In this document: positions 39,793 to 51,882 of the stretch, one piece after another
Position numbering within the stretch: position 1 is the first letter of the stretch
Layout of the letters: each line of letters opens with the position of its first letter
Assembly (NCBI RefSeq): GCF_000181795.1
Contig: NW_003526941.1
Coordinates: 10,875,751-10,939,750 of the forward strand
Length of the DNA: 64,000 bases
Source of the DNA: Trichinella spiralis
Lineage: Eukaryota
Reading direction: 5' to 3'
Translations under genes and position numbers: made by a program
The notes under the pieces: generated by a model
What the model saw: only the letters and a program-made list of their open reading frames with translations
Database searches by the model: none
What the model was told of the DNA's origin: nothing

Positions 39793-42700
39793 ATGGACAA
39801 CAAACAGTCTGGAAATAATTCCAATTATTTGGAAAATCTTGATGCCCCCACTTTCAAAAGCTTTGCTACCGATGATGCATCCAGTGTCGACGATTCATGG
39901 TTTGATAGGAGAAGTAATCCTTTTTTTTCTTGATGTGTTCTTTTGTCTTTCAGTCGTTTACGAATAATTGGTTATTTTTATTTCTTTGGCTTATTTTTTT
40001 TCATATAAAATATGTGTTTTGAAAGCTGATAATAATAATAATTATTATTATTGGCACGAAAACTTTCATATATAATATACAAGACTTACAATGTATCGGC
40101 CTTAGGGTTTTTCAAATGTAATACAATTTATCATTTATTTTTTGTAAATTAAAAGGTTTATACATATATTCGTTTATTATTTATTTTCAGAGGAAACTCC
40201 TATACTGAAGCAAGGTGATATTTTTGATGAAAAACAGCACAACAATGATAGTTTAGCCAACAATCATAAGAACTTATCTGCGTGTTCTAGGTTTGAATTT
40301 TTTTCTAAATGCTAATCTGTTTTGATTCATTGTTTTTAACTGGTTGTGGCAAAGAAAACAATTTGTTTTTATTATTTCACATTGCAGTAATATGGAAAAA
40401 GCCGGCAAAGAAGAAATTTCCTGCCAATTGGATTCAGTTTCTTCTCCGCTAATTCGTGAAAAGTCATATGAAGTAATAACGACCAAGAAAGCCGATGACT
40501 TTTTACAAGGCAACATAATCGAACCAGTGGAACTTGTTGGACGAAGCCCCGTTGGTATGTGTAAATTTTCAATTTAAATCTTTATAATAATTTTACTTAA
40601 TAGACTTAAATTTCAGTAATTTTTGTTTATGCAAAGTGCATGCATTTTCAAGATAACTTAGTTGAAGAGTTTTTATTTCAGTATAATTCAATGATCAAGT
40701 GTTATTTAATTTTACTGATAAAAAGGATGTTCGGGTTAATTAATAAAAAGGATGTAATATAAAGATGCATTTTCAAATTTCGAAAATGGTTTCATCCCCG
40801 AATTTAACAAGAATGAGAGTAGTAATAAATTATTTACAGAAATATTGCATTTAATATATATTAGTATTGGTGGAAATTGATTTATTATTTCTTTTCTACA
40901 GAATATTTAGAGAAAAGATATTCCGTAAACCGACTGAAAGTTCGACGCATCATGAGAAATAAAAGCAGTACTGGTAAATTGAAAAAAAAGTTTTTCCAAG
41001 TTGGTGATGAGTTTGAAAATTAAAAAAAAAGTCTTAATATTTTCAGTAGGTGATACAAACCAGAAAGCGGAATGCCCAGTGCAGTTGCAAAGTGAAAAAC
41101 GAAAATCATTGTCAGGAAAGATCCAACCGACCACGACACCTGCGAAAGATCAGAGTTTCAAAATTCTGAGTAGATTTTTTAAAAATCATTTTTGTCTTCA
41201 ATATACAAAAAATAATTGTTTTAACAGGAGCAAGTATTTCTGAAATTGAAAAAGCGGTTGTGTCGAAATTGGTTATTACGAAATCAGAAATATCAAAAAC
41301 ACCTGTGAGTACTATGCAAAGCATGCGTGCTAGCAGCAACAAAGCACGCAGAACGGATCAGCGTATGTGTAATTTGTATTTCAAATAGAAGGCTTCATTG
41401 CTCTGTATATAAAGTCGATTTTTCTTGTTCATTTTTCATCGATAATTTCAGCAAGTCACGTTGGTGCACAACGTTATCATACACCTCTTGCTGCACCTAA
41501 AAATGCGGTCCAATGGAAACCTGGTACGTAAGGCAATGTGGAGTGTATACATATCTTCAGTACAGTACCATATTTTTCTTTTCTATTCAGTGACCAATAA
41601 TAATAATAATAATAATAAGCCAAATGATCAAAAAAAGCAAATGAAACAATTTCCAACTGCAAAAACAGACGAAAGAGTTAAAGTGGGTTCATTGCAACCG
41701 CTACGAGTTCTTGGTATGGATAGCAAGCAGTTGTTGTCTTTTTGATTAAAAAAATTTAAATTTGATCAAATCATTTCAGCAAACAGTGGACCAAAATTGC
41801 ACGACAACGGGGAAAAAGCGACATTCGATCAGCAGAACGTTGCAAAGCTGGATTATAAAAATGAAGCATCAGTGAAATTAAGTAAAGAAAAAGGAAAAAT
41901 TTTGTTTCTTTCTTTATAAAATTTTGATGATTTTGAACCAGATACTCCTGGTATTCAAAAAAAATCTTCGACGAAAGGTGCTGCGAACGAAGGAACACCA
42001 GAAAAGCAACGCGGAAACCGGTAAGATACTGAGAGTAGCAATAATAACATAATATTAATATTATTTTGCAGATTGAAGCGTGGAGTTCCAGCATGGGCCC
42101 ATTCGCCGAACGTGGGTCTCCGTCTAGGGCAAAAGAAAGCACTGACAAAGCCGATGCCATTCCAACTTGGTAATCGCTCCAGTTCGGCGGTTCTCACTGA
42201 AAAGGTCGTTTTTTCTACAATGTTGCTTGCTGCTGCTGCTCATTGCATTGTTTGAAGCATAGATATTTTTGAATTTACTACATATGTTATTCAAATTTTC
42301 AGATTTCAGTCCAACCGTCGAAAACTGCCCATGCGGTCGTCGTCAACAAGCAGCAACCTGCTCAGAAGCCGACAACGTTTCGAGTGTCGTCCACTCATAC
42401 GGTGACGAAGGAATTTCGATTTGCCACCGAAGAACGGTGTCGTCATTATTTGGAAAAAGAAAAGGCAAAAAAATGAAATTATTATTATTATACAGAAACC
42501 ACAAGGGGTTGGTTGTCTCATCAGTTTGGTATATTAGTTTTGTTGCTTTTCAGATGCCGAAGAAAACGCAAACAGCGGCAGAAACTCCTCGCGTTGACAA
42601 ATACAGTTCCGCGAAAAAGCTCCAACCAGGTGCCAAAAGTTCGGTGAGCACCACCAGTAGTGTCGTCGGTAACGTTAAGAAAAGTCAAATTAAAAGAGAA

Positions 42701-42941
42701 AGTACGTACGAGATTGTATGTAGAATCAAAAATACCAAAAATTGATTTAGCAACAACTACAAACAAGGTATCATCAAAAGCAAGGCTTTACGATGATTAT
42801 ATTAAGCAACGCAAAGATCAGTGGAAGCAGGCTGAACTCAAAAGTGGACAAAATCAGAAAGTGGAGAAGAAACAACAACAGCGTGAACAACAACCCGGAC
42901 CGTCGAAAGCTCGACCATTTAAGCAAAACAAGGATAAGTAA
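39793..42941 (+). CDS. TPX2-like Aurora-A activator / microtubule-associated protein, multi-exon
   Basis: Exon 1 (39793-39913) encodes YLENLDAPTFKSF...VDDSWFDRR, resembling the TPX2 Aurora-binding YDAP..F...DSWF. Later motifs are LTKPMPFQL, TVTKEFRFATEER and a terminal SKARPFK. Splicing at 42437-42750 is uncertain. Confidence 0.75.
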
Positions 42942-44452
42942 AGAAAGTCGAAACGAAGAACTTGTCCGTCGTGAACGCACTATTTTAAATTTAGTTTAGT
43001 TAGCTTTCTGTGAAACTTATTTTTATCTATACATATATATATATATATATATCTTGATCATTTATCCTTTTGAAAAGTAAACATAACATATTTGCGTATT
43101 AATAGAAAAAGAATATTATCAATTCTGAAGAATAACTTTCTGAGAATGTGCAGAAAAGAAATTAATTTCATCTCCGTTTTTGCACACCTTTGTTTAATAT
43201 GGCGAGAACTTTTTGCGTAAAGACAATAATTAAATGTGGGAAAAAACCTGAATTAGAAGGGAATTATTGGAAAGCTCGAACATAAATTGCACGGCATGCA
43301 TGAATTTGCTTCGCTTATCCTCCCTCCTCCAGCAACAACAACAGAGCAAAATTAAGGCCACCTTGGCCAACAATAGCTTACTTTAAGAAAAAAGCCGCGG
43401 CAAAGCTTGTGACCACAAACCGACGCTTCAAATAAAACATTTTTCGTCGTTCATCGCACCAATTTAATAGCACGTCCATCGCTTTTCGTTCGCACACCTC
43501 CAACTTCCACATGGAAATTTTCAAATTACACTTGAACGTCACATACTGTAGCCTACCATAATCACAATTGCAACAAAAATGAATTCGAAGATAGCTGTGG
43601 AACAATTCTGTTATTCTGTTGAACAGAGAAATCGAACAACTCGAACTAGAAACGGCTAAAAAGACGTTGATACTCAATGTTTGACACAAGTGCAACAATG
43701 CACTTCTACAGTGACCAAAGAAGAATGCTGCAAAAAAAAGAGCAAAAAACTAATTATCAACCAACTAATTAATAATTTGATGATTGTTACTGTTGCAATG
43801 CAGATAGTGGGCTGAAAAATTGTCAACAATGTCTTAAAATAAGAATATAATAATGTATATATGACACAGACTCGACACAAAATTGTGTTAAAATGATTCT
43901 CAAATCGAAAACATCGTCCGCCTCGTGTCACAAATGCAATCAATATTCCAAAAAAATTGCACTCAACGTAAAGCATACCTCAGATGGACAATCAGTAAAT
44001 GTCAGTTTGTGTTTCTTTTTCATTAACACTGATACAAAGATTGCTTCTCTTCTACAAGCAATTTCAGCTTACCCACTAATTGAAATAAATTAGTGTTGTT
44101 TTTGTGGTACGTAATGATTTTTTTCGACAACAACGTCGCTTTCTACGTAGAACAGTATCGATTACGTGGCATGATAAGCTGAAAAAATAAATTTTCTTTC
44201 TTTTTAATGGAAAACAATTCATAAAAAATGATATCATCATATTATTACTGATAACAAGCTTGTTTGTTTGTAAAACAGTAAACACGCAGAGTGGTTAAAT
44301 TTGAAATGAACAAAAACCATACAGACTGAGTGAGGCAATGGAGGAAAAAAAAAGAAGAGAACAGTAAACTTAGCTTGGACGAGTTGCTGTTGTTGTTGTT
44401 GTTGTTGTTGTTGTTGTGCTTCATATGGGGAAAAGCAACGTGCACTTTTATA

Positions 44453-47400
44453 TCAAGGGGATCGAATCGCTGCCATCTCCGTCAGACTGTAATGGAAAAC
44501 TAGAATCAACGCGACGCTGTCTATGTCGCTTAAAATAACTTTTACAACTGAATACACTTACGAATGGCCGAATTTCATGTGGACAAACAGAAAAACACAG
44601 CCCATCACTATGCATACGGTGCCCACTACAATGTAAGCAATTCCGAGGAAGGAATTCTTGCCGCCTGCCCAAGACGCATTGCTAATGATAAATCGTTTCC
44701 GACCATCGAACGATGCAACCGGATAATCTTAACAATTTATGATTATTAGTTTTCTTTGAATTGAAAAATAAATTATCATACTGTAAGTAATTTCAACAGT
44801 GTAGTTGCCTTTGGGAAGTGCATTCGCAAAGGTGTCGACGTGCAACACTCGACTGTGCAGTTTACGGAAATTTGGCAAAGCAGCCGAACGCATCCAAACA
44901 ATCAACGACTCATTTTGAAAGCCACTTGCCGACGAGACGTTGGACAATTCGTAAACTGGCTTTCTCCAATAGGGCGGCTTCGACGTGCCTTCGAACGCTG
45001 ACCAAACAATAAAATTAATTTATTAATTAATCGACCACAATATGCATAAATTGTACTGGTCGATAAACAACAGAGCAAGCAAAAAAGCAAACAACAACAA
45101 CAACAACAGCAGAGCAGATTCTGAATGCTTCGTCGACAGGCTGTTGTTGTTCAATTATTACCTGCAGAAAGTGGCACCGAGTCCGGATTGCGGAACTTTT
45201 TGCTCAAATCCGACGGCCAAGCAATTTCATCATACGCCAATGGAACAACCGCATCACTTTGATCGACGATTTTGTATTTAATAAGAAAAGTGTCTGGAAG
45301 AAAAAGAAGAAAATTATGAAGGGAAATTTGAATAAAAATAATTAAACGGAAAAGCCCGCCCACTGACCATTGAACATGCTGTTGGCAATGGCTCCACAAG
45401 GGGCTATTGGAATCTCATTTTCTGCGTATTGGAATGGGAAACAATCGCTGCTGACGTGCTTGGGATTGCCCAACAGTTGCACATCGTCCCTCGATTTCAC
45501 GTAACGCCTGTGATTCTGGTAGAAGCCACTCAGGCCGTAATAGATGTACACCGGGGCGAGAAAATCGTGGTGCAGTTCAAAAGCAACCAAGCAACGGCAA
45601 GGTGGATTTTCCATTATTTTCGTCGGATCGGAAATTTCATCTTTGCACAGCTTCTCCTCCATCACGCAATCCGTGTAATCGATAACCAACTCTTGCACCT
45701 GATCAACAATATCAATTTGTCAAAATTCTGTTGTCAGCAAAAAAAACTCAAAGATACAAGGTGGGGGCAAAGCATAGCAAAAAGTAATCAACAAATAAAT
45801 AAACAAATATAATACACGTACATTGTTCGAAGCAATCAGCAGCGCAACACCGATTGGGATGAATGCCAGGCCGATGACGAAAAATGTTGGCAATACACTT
45901 CCGGCAGTGAGAATCGGCTGCCAAGCGTTCAATTTTTGTTGGCGAAATTTTGAATCTGAAAAATTTACATAAACAAACAAACAAACCAGAAAACATCGCA
46001 AACACTTTGAACAATATTGTACTTGTGTGGGCGAGGTTAAAATTGTAGAAAGAAAAAATAATTTGAAGCAAATTAGCACAATTTGCGCACTCACGTGGAC
46101 GATTGACTTGATACTCGCCCCTGGCCATTTGGGGTCTACAAAGAACCGACTGACCAACCGAAAGTTTCAACTTGGTACAAGGCCAAGCAGCGTAAGTTGG
46201 TTTTGCACCCTCTGATCTGGCATTGCCTATAGAAAACCACACCCCGTCTTCCGATCACGCGGTCGAGAATGCCTTGAAAAATGGCAATCGATTTCGCCTA
46301 GCACTGCACAAGCGAATGATGATGATGATAAGCACCGCCGCTGTGTCGCGCTAGTCGACAAACATACGCGCAACAGATCTGCTTATCAATGTATACCTGC
46401 TGTTGGTTGCTTTTTTTAGAGGGGGGTGGGGAAGCGATGATAAGCGATACACACAAAAATATGCGCAGACGGAAATTAAACTGTACCGATTGTTCAACGT
46501 CCGCTTCAACATTAAATGATTAAATAAAAATTTACAGAAAAAAACCAGCCAACCCTCATGAGCACTGACTATTGTACAATGATGATTTGTGGCAATCAAT
46601 TAGTCAGCCGTGAAGCTGGTGTAAACAACAATTGCACGCGCAGTTGCAAACAAATTGAACAGTTCAATGTTTATTTTCTGCTAAATCTTCTCCGACTGTC
46701 ATAAGATACAAAATATGCTTGCTCTGTATTATTCCATTTCAACAATACAACTGCTGAACAGTTCTACGGCATGTAAAGACAACTACAAACCACATACGAA
46801 GCCAGATGATAACAATAAATACACAACAAACAAATAAATAGATATTCACAAATCAACAATATCAACTGAATAGTCAAAAATAGAAAAGAAAAATTGCATT
46901 CCTTTTTCTTCATGCAAATCAATCAATCACCTTAACAATGACAAACGCATCCGTTAAAATTTCAATATAAATGATTTGAAAGTCAAATTAAGTTCTATGA
47001 CAATCAGAATTCAATCAAAATCTATAACCTCAACAATCATTAATTTCGAAAAATTATTTCTAAACAACTATTTGATGATCAGTCAACGAAATGAATTATT
47101 TAATCACTTTAAGCATGCAAAAATAACACTCGGCACAGATGAATACTTGAGCGAGCCGAGCAACAGTCAAAATGATTCCATTTTTGACATTTCATTCATC
47201 TTACATTTGATTGCTTCATTAAATGAAATTTATAAAAATAAAAAAAGCAACAACGTGTCCTTCAAAATAAAAAAATACATTAAACAATACAATTATATGA
47301 ATACACGCCTACAAATTTTACATTCAGCACATTTATCAGACAAAGAAAATAAATCACTTCAATAATATAAAATTCAATTTTACAAGTATTCTATAAAAAA

Positions 47401-48588
47401 AAATTTCCTGTTAATATTAAATTATTCCAAATTATAATATAACGTAGAGAAACAACTTCAAATAAAACAAAAATGATAAATGAACTATTAATTAATTAAA
47501 AATGAACAATAAATTCAACTTTTCAAATTTCAAAAAATAGCACAAGAAACTCGATACTTCTAATAATAGATTTACTGCTAAACTCTGTTGAATATGAACT
47601 GAATAGAATTGCTATAGCAATTACCTTAAAAATGCTTAGTGCAAAGTATAAATCAATCAATACCATGCAACAAACGCAAGATAACTTAGCGCCTTTCAGA
47701 CAGCTTTGTCTACAGCTTGTTTTATTGTTTTCTTGCAGATTACTGTAACTTGATTGTAACTTGGGTCCACCATTACAATTTTATATTTATCATATTCTTT
47801 TGAAAATGCATATGCAAATGCTTTACAGAAATCAATCTAAATTTGGTTGAAAATGAAAAACATATGCCTTATATGAACGGTTTTTGTGGAAAACTTTACA
47901 CTTTCATAAGCTAGAAGTGGAAAAAAGAGAAAGCATGAAAACAGAAAGCAATGAAAAATAAACAGAGTGAATATCATAATCATGTGAATGAATAAAATTA
48001 TCATCTGCATAATTCGATGAAAACAGTAAGCAAAAATAAGATGCTAAAGAGGATGTGCAACCGTCAATAAATAGCATGAAGCAATTCTGCCAAAGTATAA
48101 CACTACCATTATGCACTCTATTCAGCACAACCAATCACATAATTAAAAGCACTCCATAATTCTCATAACTTATAATTTTAAAAATGTATGCAAATTACAA
48201 TTTCAACAACATAAAATACATATCTAAACCTTTAACAATGAATAAACAACATAATTACTAACTGACTGGAATGACTAATTCTAAATCAGGACTGAAAATT
48301 ATTCATTTTTCTCTTATTCTTACTGTAAGCAACAACAAGAAAACGAACAGATTCAATTTAATAATTAAAATAGCCAAAATATATTCGATAATCACTTGCC
48401 AGAAATTTGTCTTCTGAACTTTCTTATTTGACACATTAAAATTAATAATTAGACATTCAATTCTAATGCTTAAAAAATCATATTTTGATAGACAAGACAA
48501 TTTTGCACATTAACAGTAAGCAGTAAAAATTTTTTAAATTACCTTTTGGACGGTTAACAGGTTTTGGCAATGAAGAAGTGGAGGCCAT
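44453..48588 (-). CDS. CDC50/TMEM30 P4-ATPase flippase beta subunit
   Basis: Motifs include [65 protein letters not shown] and [11 protein letters not shown]. The distal first coding exon is 48588-48543 ([15 protein letters not shown]). The last exon ends [11 protein letters not shown] at 44453. Confidence 0.93.
46095..46128 (-). CDS. Proximal alternative first coding exon of CDC50
   Basis: ATG at 46128 encodes [11 protein letters not shown] followed by C|gtgag. It is phase 1 and joins the shared exon tttcag|AT TCA AAA. Confidence 0.6.
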
Positions 48589-50089
48589 TCGGCTTCGCAA
48601 AAGTAGTTAGGCCAAAGTGTTAACAATTTAACTTGTTTACCATAAATACACTGAAATAGAAATTCACACATCATTTATTTCGTGTGATACACAATGCCTT
48701 ACTTATAAGTAAAAAAGTTCATGATAATACTAAATCAATAAATCGTTTCAAAACTATTAAAGCGAAAAAAATAAAAAACGTCAAGGAATAAAAGAAATTA
48801 ATTGCGCAAATGGACACAAGAACATAAGTAAAAGTAAGATAACGAATATAAAATTTACATTTAAAAATATACTCAGATCACATGCAAAAACATATTACAT
48901 CAAGGTTTGACGAAATATACTTGCAACATTATAAAAATAGCAATTACAAATAAAAGGCGCAAAAAATAAACTGCAAAAAAAACTGCGTTTGCAAAAAACT
49001 TAAACTTCAGTAATGTCATACTCACTGTTTCAGAAGAAAACAACCAACTTTACAAAACGGATAGACCCTTAACAAAATCTTTGAGTACTATACTGTAAAA
49101 AAAGTAGAAACAATTCAAAAGTGCAAATCAAATTGCATTGTTCAAACAATCTGTAAATACAGAACTTTAATGACAAACAAGTACAATTCCATTCCTGAAA
49201 GTTGTAATAACGAATCCTCACGCATTTTAATTCTTGTTTTATATTAAATTTAAATTTAATTTAAAAAATAATATTATTTTTAAACAGACAAATAAATAAA
49301 TAAATAATAAATGTTGATGTGTGTGTGTGCGTGCGTGCGTGCAAAACGTTTTTTTCTCTTTCCTGATTGATATAATCACCTGTACCTTGAATTGTTAAGT
49401 TTTATAATAAATTTATTTCAGTTTTATATAATATGTTATAAATACAAAACAAACAAAAACAAGCAAAGTTATAAACAAATAAAAGATAAAGATATATACA
49501 TACATACACGATTGTAAAACAAGAAACAAAATTTGAATTGAATGATGTAATTCGGCGTGACTTTTAATTTCATCTTGGACTGGCATTTCTTCTTTAACAT
49601 TTGCTCTCCGTTGTTTAATTTTTAAAATGTGAATTTCGTTATCTTGACAAGTTTTGTAAATTTTACCTTCCCAAGATAAAATTACATAACTAACCGTACT
49701 CAACATTTTAATAATTTTTGCATTACGGTGATTTGTTGGGCTTTCAACTGTGCTCCGCATATTCTGTCACTGCTTTTACTTGTTGACTTTTTCAATGATA
49801 AAATGTCATTTTTCTAATTTATTTTCTTTCTGATAGTTATTCTGAATTTATTCAACTGAATCTGAGGAAAAATACAACTTTGTAAGTTTGAAATGTATTT
49901 TTAATCCAAGTAAATGAATAAACTATAAACGGATTATTATTTTGATTAATATCAGCAAAATATTACTTGAACTTATGCACTAAAAATGTAGAAAGAATTC
50001 ATGCCAAACGCACACATGCAAAACTAAAAAATTCAAATGTAAAAATAGCCATACCGCGACACAAATTCATAAATATGTTAGAATATATC

Positions 50090-51250
50090 TTATGAAGTAA
50101 ATATTTCTTTCAATTTTTCCATATACAAATTTTTATCTAAATCCAAAAACACACAAAATATTATTCGATTCATCTAAAAGGGAACTAATTAGTTCAACAT
50201 TATACATGTATATCAAATTTTACAGTTTCCATGTTTTCAGTCGCCTTTAACCATTCTAATGCAGTTGTTACGGCAATTTCGCAAGCCTTATCATTTGGAA
50301 ATCCGTAAATGCCAGTACCCACACAAGGAAACGCCTTGAAAATTTTCAAATTTACACAAATTTTGTAATAAACTTCAATTTTCATTACAATTGATTTCAG
50401 TGCCTTTTTGTTGCATATGTCAAAACAGTTCTTGTAGCATGATTTCAGTGTTTCAGGATTTCCATCCGTCGGACCAACAGTGTGAATCACATCTTAAATA
50501 TTGCGCAGTTGAAGAGCTGAAAACGCTTATTAACAATGAAAAAACTGCCTTGCAGAGACAGTTTTGCAGACTGTTGACAGCAATTTAATAAAAAGAAACA
50601 AAATACTTACATTTCGCTGGAAGCCTGTATCCGTGAGTGATCTTAGCACAGCCAGGCGCACAACCTCCCAAGGTGGCTGTTTCTTTGCTTAATTCTTTAC
50701 CTGCAGCACGATGAATAGCACCATCCACTGAAAAAGAAAACCACTACTGAAATTTGAAATAAAAAATACAACAAACCACAACTCACCACCGCCGCCTACG
50801 CGAAGCGCTGAATTAGCTGCATTAACTATAGCATTAATTTCTAATGAAGTGATATCACCTTGCCACAGACTGAACTTTTTAGCCATTTCCACATTCCGAT
50901 CACAATCTGAATAGTTTACGTACAAACGTTTGTTGATGAATATTAAAAACCAATAAAAATTTTTAAACAAGTTTTATTATTCACTTTCTGCACAATTTAC
51001 CATATAAACAAATCATCAGTCTGTTTTTTATAAGCAACAAGACAAGTCAAAAACAATTTCCACTTACGAAACATTTTATCCACTGTTGGAATATTTTCAA
51101 GGGTAATGAAATTATTTCCACATGCATAGAACTTGCGCTTCTCTGCCAATGGCATGTTGAGAAACTGTTCTAGAAGAAACAAAAACGAAATTTACTCATT
51201 CAATCATGCGTAGCATTGCTTTAACCTGAAACAGCTGAATAATGAGCCAT
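50090..51250 (-). CDS. MacroD1/2-type macrodomain protein (O-acetyl-ADP-ribose deacetylase / mono-ADP-ribosylhydrolase)
   Basis: Motifs include [43 protein letters not shown] and [13 protein letters not shown]. The last exon encodes [14 protein letters not shown]...EIFTS*. Confidence 0.92.
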
Positions 51251-51882
51251 TTTTCTGACGAAAGAAATGTGCTTAGAAATCTTAACTGCTTCCAGTTGGA
51301 AATTTGAAATGATTCTCTAAAAATGATTTGCCAGTTTATTCACACCAACTAAGCAATTGAATATGTAATTTAGTTCATTTTATGCAGTTTATACAAATCG
51401 AATATAGAAAATTTGCAATTTTAAAAGCAAATAATAAGCCAGTTTTAAATTACTAATTCGAGGAACAATAAATTCACCTTCAGCTACCGTAACCTTTTGA
51501 TCTAAAGGTAAGCACATCTTTAAAATTTAATTATGACTCTTAAAAGAAATGTTTTCAATCTTTGAATAGTTCAAAATTTCCATTTACAATGATAAAATGA
51601 TTATTTAATTTGATAACAAGTAAGTAAAGTTTCACTAATGTTTTTCTTTTCAATTTACCATGAACATTCATAACTGCAAAACATCATGTAAAAAAATTCT
51701 GATAACTTTTAAAAACACCAACTTTTATTGTTCCAAATAAAGAAAGAAAAATCATGCCATCAGAATTCATCACTTCTTGAGCATGATTGTGATTTTCGAA
51801 TTTGTACAAGCAGTTGCGCATCGTGAATATAAAATACAAAGACATAATTTTGATATAAAAGAAAAAAACAAACAAACAACAA

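Noticed and set aside
45748..46242. 164-aa ORF overlapping the CDC50 5' end
   Set aside because: It is read-through of the proximal first exon into intron and off-frame exon sequence.
46976..47365. 129-aa + strand ORF
   Set aside because: It has AT-rich intron-like composition (N/K/I/F) and lies antisense within the first CDC50 intron.
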